In this document: piece by piece, positions 10,023 to 18,090 of the stretch | Layout of the letters: the number at the start of each line of letters is the position of its first letter | How positions within the stretch are numbered: position 1 is the stretch's first letter | NCBI GenBank assembly: GCA_947652925.1 | Contig: CANTEW010000009.1 | Span: forward strand, 206-64,205 | DNA length: 64,000 bases | DNA from: an uncultured Lachnospiraceae bacterium | Lineage (GTDB): Bacteria; Bacillota; Clostridia; Lachnospirales; Lachnospiraceae | Direction: 5' to 3' | Notes under the pieces: model-generated | The model's input: the letters and a program-made list of their open reading frames with translations, nothing else | The model's database searches: none | What the model was told of the DNA's origin: nothing | Program-made: the position numbers and the translations under genes

Positions 10023-11468
10023 ATGAAGAATATATTGTTTGCCACGTCAGAAGCAGTACCGTTCATCAAGACAGGAGGGCTGGCAGACGTAGCGGGTGCA
10101 TTGCCCAAGTGTTTCGACAAGCGTTATTTTGACATCCGGGTGATACTGCCAAAATATATGTGTATGTCTGAAGAGTGGAAGTCAAAGATGGAGTACATCA
10201 CCAATTTTTATATGGACTTAGGTTTCCGCAGCTGTTATGTGGGGATCTTCCGTATGGAGCATAATGGGATCACATTCTATTTTATTGACAATGAACATTA
10301 TTTCAGCGGGCCGAAACCTTATGATCAGGCGCCTTGGGATCTGGAGAAGTTTGCATTTTTTTCAAAGGCAGTCTTGTCGGTCCTGCCGGTGATCGATTTC
10401 CATCCCCATATCATCCACTGTCATGACTGGCAGACGGGGCTGATACCTGTCTATCTGCATGATTCATTCCAGGGAGGGGATTTTTTCCGCGGTATCAAGA
10501 CGATCATGACCATACATAATCTGAAATTTCAGGGAGTGTGGGATGTGTCTACAGTAAAGAGTATCACAGGTTTGCCGTCATACTATTTTACAGCGGATAA
10601 ATTAGAGGCTTATAAAGACGCTAATTATCTCAAAGGCGGGATCGTGTACGCCGATGCGATCACGACCGTGAGCAATACTTATGCAGAGGAGATCAAGACG
10701 TCCTTCTATGGAGAAGGTCTGGATGGGCTTTTGTGTGCCAGGACGAACAGCCTGCGGGGGATCGTCAACGGGATCGACTATGATGAATATAACCCGGAGA
10801 CAGACTGTCAGATCGAAAAAAATTATAACGCCAAGACATTCCGGAAAGAGAAAGTAAAAAACAAGATCGCGCTCCAGAAAGAACTGGGGCTGGAAGAAGA
10901 CCCCAGAAAGATGATGATCGGGATCGTCTCCCGTCTCACTGATCAGAAAGGTTTTGACCTGATCGCCTATATCATGGATGAATTGTGCCAGGATGCTATC
11001 CAGCTGGTGGTCCTGGGGACAGGGGAAGAGCGCTATGAAAATATGTTCAGGCATTTTGCCTGGAAATACAGAGGGAAAGTCTCCGCGAATATCTATTATT
11101 CAGAACCTATGTCCCATAAGACCTATGCCTCCTGCGACGCATTCCTGATGCCGTCGCTGTTCGAGCCCTGCGGCCTGAGCCAGTTGATGAGCCTGCGCTA
11201 TGGGACGGTACCCATCGTCAGGGAGACAGGCGGGCTCAAAGACACCGTACAGCCATATAACGAATACGAGAGTACAGGGACGGGTTTTAGTTTTACGAAT
11301 TACAATGCTCATGAGATGCTGGGTGTGATCCGCAATGCAGAGCGCATCTATTATGATAAAAAAAGAGAGTGGAATAAGATCGTGGACCGGGGGATGGCTA
11401 TGGATTTCTCCTGGAACAATTCGGCCAGGCAATATGAGGAAATGTATAATTGGCTGATCGGAGAATAA
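10023..11468 (+). CDS. glgA: Glycogen synthase (ADP-glucose type)
   Basis: 481 aa with SEAVPFIKTGGLADVAGALP at the N-terminus and the GT1 C-terminal motifs (PSLFEPCGLSQL). Confidence 0.9.
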   Translation: MKNILFATSEAVPFIKTGGLADVAGALPKCFDKRYFDIRVILPKYMCMSEEWKSKMEYITNFYMDLGFRSCYVGIFRMEHNGITFYFIDNEHYFSGPKPYDQAPWDLEKFAFFSKAVLSVLPVIDFHPHIIHCHDWQTGLIPVYLHDSFQGGDFFRGIKTIMTIHNLKFQGVWDVSTVKSITGLPSYYFTADKLEAYKDANYLKGGIVYADAITTVSNTYAEEIKTSFYGEGLDGLLCARTNSLRGIVNGIDYDEYNPETDCQIEKNYNAKTFRKEKVKNKIALQKELGLEEDPRKMMIGIVSRLTDQKGFDLIAYIMDELCQDAIQLVVLGTGEERYENMFRHFAWKYRGKVSANIYYSEPMSHKTYASCDAFLMPSLFEPCGLSQLMSLRYGTVPIVRETGGLKDTVQPYNEYESTGTGFSFTNYNAHEMLGVIRNAERIYYDKKREWNKIVDRGMAMDFSWNNSARQYEEMYNWLIGE

Positions 11469-11528
11469 GATCTGTCCGTCGTGGCATACTAAGAAGGTAA
11501 TAAAGCAAAAACCTTTAGGAGGTGTACC

Positions 11529-11714
11529 ATGACGAACATCACAGAATTAGATCTTCAGAATCTGCGCCATCTGATCGGCGGGTTTGAGGTCACCCACTGT
11601 AAAATGCAGGGCTATGCGGAACAGGCTCAAGATCCCCAGATCAAACAGTACTTCCAGAAGTCAGCCCAGTCAGCCATGCAGAGTAAGCAGCAGTTGATGC
11701 AGTTTTTACAGTAG
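11529..11714 (+). CDS. Small spore-coat-F-like protein
   Basis: 61-aa helical protein with a good RBS (AGGAGG upstream), paired with the following Coat-F-like gene. Confidence 0.5.
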   Translation: MTNITELDLQNLRHLIGGFEVTHCKMQGYAEQAQDPQIKQYFQKSAQSAMQSKQQLMQFLQ

Positions 11715-11726
11715 GAGGGAAGAGAT

Positions 11727-11987
11727 ATGTTAGATGAAAAGACCATGGTAGCAGACACGCTCACTGCAGTCAACGGCGAACTGCTGCGTTATTCAGAGAT
11801 GATCACCCAGACCGGCAACCCCCAGTTAAAACAGACGTTAAAGCAGATCCGCAACCAGTGTGAGATGTCCCAGGAGGAGATCTATAACATTGCCAGGGAA
11901 AAACACTATTATGTACCGGCTGCAGAGGCGAAAGCTGATGAGATCAGCCATGTAAGGTCTGTATTGACACAGCAGCCGATGATGTAA
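11727..11987 (+). CDS. Spore coat protein F (CotF) family protein
   Basis: 86 aa. DEKTMVADTLTAVNGELLRYSEMITQTGNPQLKQTLKQIRNQ resembles the Coat_F domain pattern (D..l..D.L...K......y..a..E..np.lr..l..i). Confidence 0.6.
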   Translation: MLDEKTMVADTLTAVNGELLRYSEMITQTGNPQLKQTLKQIRNQCEMSQEEIYNIAREKHYYVPAAEAKADEISHVRSVLTQQPMM

Positions 11988-12010
11988 AGAGCGATAAGGT
12001 AAAGGACATG

Positions 12011-12036
12011 ACCCGCCCTGAGAGATCAGGGCGGGT
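12011..12036 (+). terminator. GC-rich hairpin after the coat-protein pair (possible terminator, no U tract)
   Basis: ACCCGCCCTG (12011-12020) and CAGGGCGGGT (12027-12036) form a perfect 10-bp stem with a 6-nt loop. It is followed by AAAA rather than T. Confidence 0.3.
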
Positions 12037-12079
12037 AAAAGCATGATAGAGGATATACATAGAAAGGAAAAGATACATT

Positions 12080-12502
12080 ATGATCGATCAGATAGCAGTA
12101 GTCGTAAAGAATAGACCGGGGAGCCTTCGGCGTATCACCAGACTCTTGGCAGAGGAGGACATCAACTGTCTGTGTATCTCTACATATGATGCGCCTGATT
12201 TTGGTATCCTGCGGATGATCGTTGACGATCCTGATAAATGTTATAAACTTTTGGAAGATCATGGAGAGCTGGTCATGAAAGACCGGGTCATCGCAGTCCC
12301 CATGGAAGACCAGGCGGGCGCTATGGACGGCATCCTGGAAACCGTGGAAGAAGCGAATATCAATATTGACTGTATGTATTCTTATAGCAGCAGCCGATCA
12401 AGATCGGCCGTCCTGATCTTCCGGGCAGAGGATATCGAGGAGACGGAGAGCGTCCTGGCAAAAAAAGGCTATGAGGTGATACGGGATGTGAGAGGACTGT
12501 AG
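12080..12502 (+). CDS. ACT-domain protein (amino-acid-binding regulatory fold)
   Basis: 140 aa with two short beta-alpha-beta-beta-alpha-beta-like halves (IAVVVKNRPGSLRRITRLLAEEDINC ... AVPMEDQAGAMDGILETVEEANINID). Confidence 0.6.
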   Translation: MIDQIAVVVKNRPGSLRRITRLLAEEDINCLCISTYDAPDFGILRMIVDDPDKCYKLLEDHGELVMKDRVIAVPMEDQAGAMDGILETVEEANINIDCMYSYSSSRSRSAVLIFRAEDIEETESVLAKKGYEVIRDVRGL

Positions 12503-12513
12503 GATGCGTCCTC

Positions 12514-13917
12514 TCATCTCCAGCCTGCAGGATATTTATTTTTGAAGATCCCATTTACAAGCTTCCCCCAGCCGAGTGGAAAGCCATCAACACACAGCAC
12601 CGCCCAGCCGGATGATACGGTACATTCCGCCGGGGATACAGGTATAGTCTCTCCATGCAGATAATCGCCCACACGGGTATCCTGACAGGGAAGGTCAAGG
12701 CGGGCGTATGCTGTATCTGTCAGAGTGAGAGCCAGCGGCTGGCTGGGTTCAAAGCGGTTTTTCTTCAGTTCTCCAAGAAAAAGGCCATTTCTCAAAAATC
12801 TGAGTCCTTTGACCTGAGGCAGCCCTTCTGGCAGCAGATAGGCTTTTCCGGCACGGATCTCCACCCGTTCCCAGTCAAAGGGCATGATCATGGCCGGTAT
12901 GAGGGGAGTGAGGGACTCTTCAATGAGTTTTTGCTCGGCGCGGGGAGCCTTGGAGCTTTTTGTCCGTTTGTTTTTTTGCGGGCGTTCTTTTTCTCTCGAG
13001 CCGTTTTTGCTGAAAAGCGCCAGGAAATGCCCTTCGCCTTGGCAGCGGTGGGGCCAGAGGCGCAGGCAGCGTTCCAGACGGGGATCGCCGTTTCCCCATG
13101 CGGGATCACTGGGCGAAGATCCGTGTATCGCTGGGAGCCTGACCAAGTCCATCTCCGGAAGATGTTCCAGGATATAGGAGACGGATCCTTCATTCTCCAA
13201 GGGGGAGAAGGTGCAGGTGGAATACATGAGCAGGCCCCCAGGGGCGAGCATGTGGATGGCTTTTTCCAGGATCTCACGCTGTATCCTGGCGCAGAGATCC
13301 GTTTTCTCCAGGCTCCAGGTTTTTACTGCGGCCGGTTCTTTGCGGAACATACCTTCCCCAGAACAGGGGGCGTCCACCAGGATCTTATCAAAAAATCCTG
13401 GGAATGCTGCGGACAGCCGTTCGGGGGTCTCGTTGGTGACGAAGCAGTTGGGGATGCCGAACAATTCCAGATTCCGCAGCAGAGCTTTGGAACGTGTATT
13501 GCTGGCATCGTTGGCCACCAGCAGTCCCCGGCCCTGCAGACGCGCCCCCAGTCCAGTCGCTTTTCCTCCGGGAGCCGCACACAGATCCAGGACCCGGTCA
13601 CCGGGATGTACAGGCAGGAGAGGGGCGGGGGCCATGGCACTCGGTTCCTGGAGATAATACAGCCCGCAACGGTAAAAAGGATGCTGTGCCGGGTGATCCT
13701 CTTGTCCATAAAAAAAGCCGTTTTCTGTCCAGGGGACCTTTTCTAAAGAAAAGGGAAGGATCCGCTGAAGATCGTCGGGGGATATCTTCAGCGGATTGAC
13801 ACGCAGCCCGTTTCTGCGGGGCTTTTCGTAACTGGCCAGGAAAGCCGGGTAGTCGGATCCGAGCATGGCTTCCATACGTGTGAGGAGATCAGCGGGCAGA
13901 AGATGGGTAGGATGCAT
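12514..13917 (-). CDS. NOL1/NOP2/Sun-family RNA m5C methyltransferase (RsmF-like)
   Basis: 467 aa with DLCAAPGGKAT (SAM), DAPCSGEGMFRK and YSTCTFSPLENE catalytic Cys motifs, plus a C-terminal PUA-like extension. Confidence 0.85.
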   Translation of the reverse strand: MHPTHLLPADLLTRMEAMLGSDYPAFLASYEKPRRNGLRVNPLKISPDDLQRILPFSLEKVPWTENGFFYGQEDHPAQHPFYRCGLYYLQEPSAMAPAPLLPVHPGDRVLDLCAAPGGKATGLGARLQGRGLLVANDASNTRSKALLRNLELFGIPNCFVTNETPERLSAAFPGFFDKILVDAPCSGEGMFRKEPAAVKTWSLEKTDLCARIQREILEKAIHMLAPGGLLMYSTCTFSPLENEGSVSYILEHLPEMDLVRLPAIHGSSPSDPAWGNGDPRLERCLRLWPHRCQGEGHFLALFSKNGSREKERPQKNKRTKSSKAPRAEQKLIEESLTPLIPAMIMPFDWERVEIRAGKAYLLPEGLPQVKGLRFLRNGLFLGELKKNRFEPSQPLALTLTDTAYARLDLPCQDTRVGDYLHGETIPVSPAECTVSSGWAVLCVDGFPLGWGKLVNGIFKNKYPAGWR

Positions 13918-14011
13918 GTTTCATTACCTCCGTAAAAAATGATCAAAATGTTGAGATATAAGTATCATAATAGACAGAAAGAAAAATTTCAATCATTTCC
14001 ACAGAAAGGAT

Positions 14012-14611
14012 GTGAAAAAAATGGCGGCAGAAGATCTTGGTCTTTCGATGATCGTGTTGGCAGGCGGGCGCAGCAGCAGGATGGGGAAGGATAAATCAGA
14101 TCTGGTCTACAGGGATCAGACTTTTTTAGAGATACAGATCAAAAAGGGAGAGCAGCTGGGGATCGATGATATACTTGTGTCTGGTTACCGGGGATCTGGC
14201 TGTGATGGCCGGATCGTGATGGATCGTTTTGCAGGCAAAGGGCCTTTGGGCGGTCTGGAAGCGTGTCTCAGACAGGCAGTCCATGACCGATGCCTGGTCC
14301 TGAGCGTGGATACGCCCCTCGTTCCTGTCTCTGAACTGCAGGGGCTGATCCAGCAGGACAGGCAGGGCAGCGACCCGGCGACTATACTCCAGCACGGACA
14401 GGAGCAGGAGCCACTGATCGGGATCTACCGTACAAAGCTGGCAGATCCCATGGCGGAGGCACTGGAAAGGGGTCGGGGGTCGGTCTTTGGTTTTTTGAAA
14501 AAAGTCGGATATGGTGTATACCAGAGTAAGGGAGAGAGCGTCCAGTTTGGGAATATCAATGAAAAGACAGATTATGAGAGATTATTGAAGACTGACAGAG
14601 GGAATGGATAG
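14012..14611 (+). CDS. mobA: Molybdenum cofactor guanylyltransferase
   Basis: 199 aa with LAGGRSSRMGKDKSDL at the N-terminus and GPLGGL plus VLSVDTPLV motifs. The start is ambiguous (GTG 14012 or ATG 14021). Confidence 0.75.
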   Translation: MKKMAAEDLGLSMIVLAGGRSSRMGKDKSDLVYRDQTFLEIQIKKGEQLGIDDILVSGYRGSGCDGRIVMDRFAGKGPLGGLEACLRQAVHDRCLVLSVDTPLVPVSELQGLIQQDRQGSDPATILQHGQEQEPLIGIYRTKLADPMAEALERGRGSVFGFLKKVGYGVYQSKGESVQFGNINEKTDYERLLKTDRGNG

Positions 14612-14615
14612 ACGT

Positions 14616-15195
14616 ATGAGTGTTCTAACAGTCAGAGACGTAAAACTTGAAGATGCAGAACGTATATTTAGATATCTACGTTTATTATGTGAAAAATACG
14701 GCCATCACTTTCGAATATGAAGTCCCTGCACTCTCTGAGTTCCGGGAGCGTATCGTGGATATTGCAACACGCTATCCCTATCTTGTTATCGAGAGGGATC
14801 ATGTGATACAGGGCTATGCCTATGCGAAGGCGTTTGTGGGGCGGGCTGCCTACGCCTGGTCGTGTGAGCTGACTGTATATCTGGATCATATGGCGCGGGG
14901 GTGCGGTTTGGGACGGAAGATATATGGAGTGCTCGAAGACAGGCTGCAGAAGATGGGGATCTTGAACTTGTATGCCTGTATCGGCTATCCGGAAGTGGAA
15001 GATGAGTATCTCAACAGGAACAGTGCGGATTTTCATGGACATTTGGGATTTATAAAAGTAGGTGGATTCCATAAATGCGGGTATAAATTCGGACGCTGGT
15101 ATAATATGATCTGGATGGAAAAGATCATCGGGGAACATCAGCCGGAGCAGCGGCCTGTGATGTTGCCCGATGATACTGAGAGATATACGTTCTGA
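14616..15195 (+). pseudogene. GNAT N-acetyltransferase (phosphinothricin-acetyltransferase-like) with an apparent +1 frameshift near 14667-14669
   Basis: ATG 14616 opens MSVLTVRDVKLEDAERIF (the typical PAT N-terminus), but that frame stops at 14718-14720. The rest of the family sequence (LDIYVYYVKNTAITFEYEVP...) is in the +1 frame (ORF 14647..15195). Removing one T from the run at 14667-14669 restores ERILDIYVYYV. Confidence 0.5.
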
Positions 15196-15226
15196 TATCT
15201 TTTCCAATGCATGATCATAGATATAT

Positions 15227-15733
15227 TTATCCGATCACGAGTGAGATCACAGCCAGTATGACGCAGATCAGACACCAACCAGACCAGATATAGAGGTCGG
15301 AGTAGCTGCCTGCGCATGCAAAACCTACCAATGCCGCGATCCCGTATAGGATCATGATCGCGATATTTCCACTTATGGATCCTTTTCTGGAAACGATCGA
15401 CACGATCCCGCCAACAAGCAGCATGATAGCCACAATAAGACCTGCGGTCCCGCTTATCTCTCCATTGGAAGACAATGCATTCCCAAGTCCGGCAGCACAT
15501 GATTGCAGAGCAACAAAAATAAATAAAACAGTTGATAATATCCCGGACGCGAGCTTCCAGATCATCATACCAGTACCAGAGCTTTTTTCACTGCTTTTTA
15601 TTTCTGAGACTATGTGTGCATAGTTCCGGATCTCTGCAGCAGTGAAAAGGCTCCCACATTTGTTGCATTTAGCATAATTTTTACCATCCACATTGGTCAG
15701 TGAAAGTTCACCATCACATTTCAGACATTTCAT
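15227..15733 (-). CDS. Zinc-ribbon membrane protein (C4 ribbon + 4 predicted TM helices)
   Basis: The start at 15733 (MKCLKCDGEL...CNKCGS) is preceded by GGGAGG. The C-terminal ~110 aa is hydrophobic. The ribbon resembles that of the next gene upstream. Confidence 0.6.
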   Translation of the reverse strand: MKCLKCDGELSLTNVDGKNYAKCNKCGSLFTAAEIRNYAHIVSEIKSSEKSSGTGMMIWKLASGILSTVLFIFVALQSCAAGLGNALSSNGEISGTAGLIVAIMLLVGGIVSIVSRKGSISGNIAIMILYGIAALVGFACAGSYSDLYIWSGWCLICVILAVISLVIG

Positions 15734-15760
15734 GAATATTTTCCTCCCTTGTCCATACAT

Positions 15761-15799
15761 GATCCCAGCTCCATTTTTATTTTAAACGGAGCTGGGATC
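15761..15799 (-). other. Perfect 12-bp inverted repeat between the two zinc-ribbon genes
   Basis: GATCCCAGCTCC (15761-15772) and GGAGCTGGGATC (15788-15799) are separated by an AT-rich 15-nt spacer. Only the right arm is part of the duplicated segment. Confidence 0.5.
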
Positions 15800-16183
15800 A
15801 AAAAGGTCTGCTGGCAGCAGATAAATGTATCTATATCAGATTTCTATCAATAGACTACCAATGCAGAAGATCAAGAAACACAAAAAGATCCTGATGATCA
15901 GTCTCACGGGATCCGGGAGGTTTTTGAGAAAAGATATTTTTCTGTCAAAATAGCCGATATCCGCAGCGACGAGGGGTGTGAGCCATATGCATAAAAGGAG
16001 CGCTACTATGTCTCGTACAGGGGATCGCCATGTTGGAGCATATTCCTGTATGTAGCCTATACTGGATAAGACCATCAGACAGTATCCGAAAGATGCTACG
16101 ACGCATTTCCATGGGGTGCCAGTACGGAAACCAGGGACCCATGTGTGGATGTTTTTACCGTTATTTTTTATGTTGTCATCGTT
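15775..16183 (-). repeat. Tandem duplication, copy 1 (3' ~350 nt of gene 15836..16375 plus ~60 nt downstream)
   Basis: Aligns with 16415..16821 at an offset of 640 bp with high nucleotide identity (roughly four fifths by eye). For example, TTTTATTTTAAACGGAGCTGGGATCAAAA and CAAAATAGCCGATATC occur in both copies. Confidence 0.85.
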
Positions 16184-16375
16184 GAGCGTATAGATGGAGT
16201 ACTGCAGGCCGTATTTGTCTATATCTGAAAGATTTTTTAACAAATAACCCTGCAGGTCATCGCGGGAATACATTCGGTGACATCTGTCGCATTTAGCATA
16301 TCTGACGCCATTTTCAGTGATCAGTTGGAGTTCTCCACCACATCCCTCCGGACATTTACATTTAGGACATTCCAT
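15836..16375 (-). CDS. Zinc-ribbon protein fused to a ~115-aa 3-TM module shared with the adjacent kinase
   Basis: The N-terminus is MECPKCKCPEGCGGEL...AKCDRCHRMY. The C-terminal part (DDNIKNNGKNIHTWVPGFRTGTPWKCVVASFGYCLM...AADIGYFDRKISFLKNLPDPVRLIIRIFLC) is paralogous to residues ~247-360 of ORF 16475..17557. Confidence 0.7.
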   Translation of the reverse strand: MECPKCKCPEGCGGELQLITENGVRYAKCDRCHRMYSRDDLQGYLLKNLSDIDKYGLQYSIYTLNDDNIKNNGKNIHTWVPGFRTGTPWKCVVASFGYCLMVLSSIGYIQEYAPTWRSPVRDIVALLLCIWLTPLVAADIGYFDRKISFLKNLPDPVRLIIRIFLCFLIFCIGSLLIEI

Positions 16376-16414
16376 ATTTATCCCTCTTTTGATCGTATAT
16401 GATAATGTTTCCGT

Positions 16415-16821
16415 TTTATTTTAAACGGAGCTGGGATCAAAAGGGTCTGCTGACAGCAGACAGATGCATTTATTTTAGGATTCCAGCAATGCGCCTAGGT
16501 AAAAAACAGGGAGACACAAAAAGATCCGGATGGTGAGTCTCACGGGAGCTGGGAGATCTTTGAGAAAAGATACTTTTTGGTCAAAATAGCCGATATCTGC
16601 AGCGATAAGGGGCGCGAGCCATATGTATAAAAGGAGCGCTGCTATCTCTCGTATAAGGGACTGCCATGTCGAAGCGTATTTCTGTATATAGTCTATGCTG
16701 TATAGAGCCATCAGACAGTATCCCAAAGACGCTACGATGCATTTCCACAGAGTGCCGGTACGGAAACCGGGGATCCATGTGTGGATATCTTTGTTGTCAT
16801 TTTTTATGTTGTCATCGCTGG
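16415..16821 (-). repeat. Tandem duplication, copy 2 (3' end of the kinase gene plus downstream)
   Basis: See copy 1 (15775..16183). Confidence 0.85.
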
Positions 16822-17557
16822 GTATGTGGACAGGGCACCGTAGGTTGTATTTATCCATAGTCTGAAAGATCTCCTGTACATTATGATATCTTTGGCGATT
16901 ATCCATCTCTGTGCAGCGCTGTATGATCATACCCAAGGGTCCACAAGCATATCTTTGTTCAGAGGGAAGGTGTCCAGTCAGGAGTACATTCCATAATACA
17001 CCGATCGCATAAATATCTGTCCGTTCGTCTGTCTGCAAAAATCCATATTGTTCCGGCGCGGCATAGCCAACAGTCCCCAGTATGGATGTATCCGCTCCCT
17101 GTGCTTGTTTTTTCTGTCTCGCGATATTAAAATCTATCAGTTTTACGATCCCATCATTAGAGATGAGTATATTGTTCGGATTGATATCCCGATGTATGAT
17201 CCCTTGCATGTGGATTTTCTCCAGTACCAGCAGAAGATCTTCTATGATCGAGTTGGCTCCCTGCTGGGAGAAGATCCCTTTGTCTTCTATATATTCCTGG
17301 AGAGTCATACCACTGATATATTCTGTGATGATGATCCCTTTTTCATTATCTGCGGCATGGTCGTGGATCTTTTCTATATGATGGTCATGGATCTGTTGTA
17401 ATTTTTTATAGATCGGGATGAGTTTCTTGTCCACATATTTTTTTACGTAGATCTTTCCCGTCTGTTTATGACGGACAACATACACGTTTTCTTTTAATGT
17501 AGACAGATCTTCATACGTATCATCCAGATACTGTGCTTTTAGGTGATCTTGCTGCAT
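16475..17557 (-). CDS. Hanks-type Ser/Thr protein kinase fused to the 3-TM module
   Basis: It has the catalytic loop HRDINPNNIL, DFNIA in place of DFG, GTVGYAAPEQ and DIYAIGV. No clear GxGxxG loop is present (LSTLKENVYVV). The C-terminal module is DDNIKNDNKDIHTWIPGFRTGTLWKCIVASLGYCLM...AADIGYFDQKVSFLKDLPAPVRLTIRIFLC. Confidence 0.8.
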   Translation of the reverse strand: MQQDHLKAQYLDDTYEDLSTLKENVYVVRHKQTGKIYVKKYVDKKLIPIYKKLQQIHDHHIEKIHDHAADNEKGIIITEYISGMTLQEYIEDKGIFSQQGANSIIEDLLLVLEKIHMQGIIHRDINPNNILISNDGIVKLIDFNIARQKKQAQGADTSILGTVGYAAPEQYGFLQTDERTDIYAIGVLWNVLLTGHLPSEQRYACGPLGMIIQRCTEMDNRQRYHNVQEIFQTMDKYNLRCPVHIPSDDNIKNDNKDIHTWIPGFRTGTLWKCIVASLGYCLMALYSIDYIQKYASTWQSLIREIAALLLYIWLAPLIAADIGYFDQKVSFLKDLPAPVRLTIRIFLCLPVFYLGALLES

Positions 17558-17628
17558 AGTTGACTTTTCTCCAAGTATTCTTTATAATCTATCTGTCTAT
17601 CATTGTATCACAAAAGAAGAGGTTTTCA

Positions 17629-18057
17629 ATGAAAAAAAGTACAGTGGAGCTTTTGCAGCTGCTCGCAAAAACATCCAGTTTTAAAGAGTATGAGACGAAG
17701 GTGGAGGGAGAGTTTATAGAAAAACGTCCGTTGTCTTTCTATCTGGACCGTTTGCTCATAGAAAAGGGGATGGAGAAAAAAGATGTCATCCGTCGCTCCG
17801 GTCTGGAACGTAAATATGCATACGAGATCTTCAGAAGGTCGGATAAGAAGTTTTCCCGCGATAAGATCCTGGCACTTTGTTTTGCTATGGATCTGTCGGC
17901 AGATGAGACCCAGGGGCTGTTGAAAGCTACGGAGTATCCGCAGCTTTACGCCAGGATCAGGCGGGACAGTGCTGTTTTGTACGCCCTGGAACATCGTATG
18001 ACGCTGATCGACGTCAATGAACTTTTATATGAAATGGGGGAGGACTGTCTCGGATAA
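17629..18057 (+). CDS. XRE-like helix-turn-helix protein, divergent from the kinase gene
   Basis: Start at MKKSTVELL (17629). GMEKKDVIRRSGLERKYAYEIFRRSDKKFSRDKILALCFAMDLSADETQGLLKA matches the HTH plus 'P.RDkll.la.al.Ls..E...LL' pattern of XRE-family regulators. Confidence 0.5.
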   Translation: MKKSTVELLQLLAKTSSFKEYETKVEGEFIEKRPLSFYLDRLLIEKGMEKKDVIRRSGLERKYAYEIFRRSDKKFSRDKILALCFAMDLSADETQGLLKATEYPQLYARIRRDSAVLYALEHRMTLIDVNELLYEMGEDCLG

Positions 18058-18085
18058 GATCATCTGGGACAGTCCTTTGGCTTTT
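18041..18085 (+). terminator. Possible terminator between convergent genes
   Basis: AGGACTGTC (18041-18049) pairs with GACAGTCCT (18068-18076) and is followed by TTGGCTTTT. The 18-nt loop is large. Confidence 0.4.
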
Positions 18086-18090
18086 GGCGG

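Noticed and set aside
15800-15821. Short hairpins TCTGCTG(C/T)CAGCAGA followed by CCTTTT(T) on the minus strand after the stops of genes 15836..16375 and 16475..17557 (second copy at 16439..16460), as terminators.
   Set aside because: The stem is only 6 bp with a 3-nt loop, and the second copy has a short U tract. They are plausible but weak and lie inside the duplicated block, so I did not list them as features.
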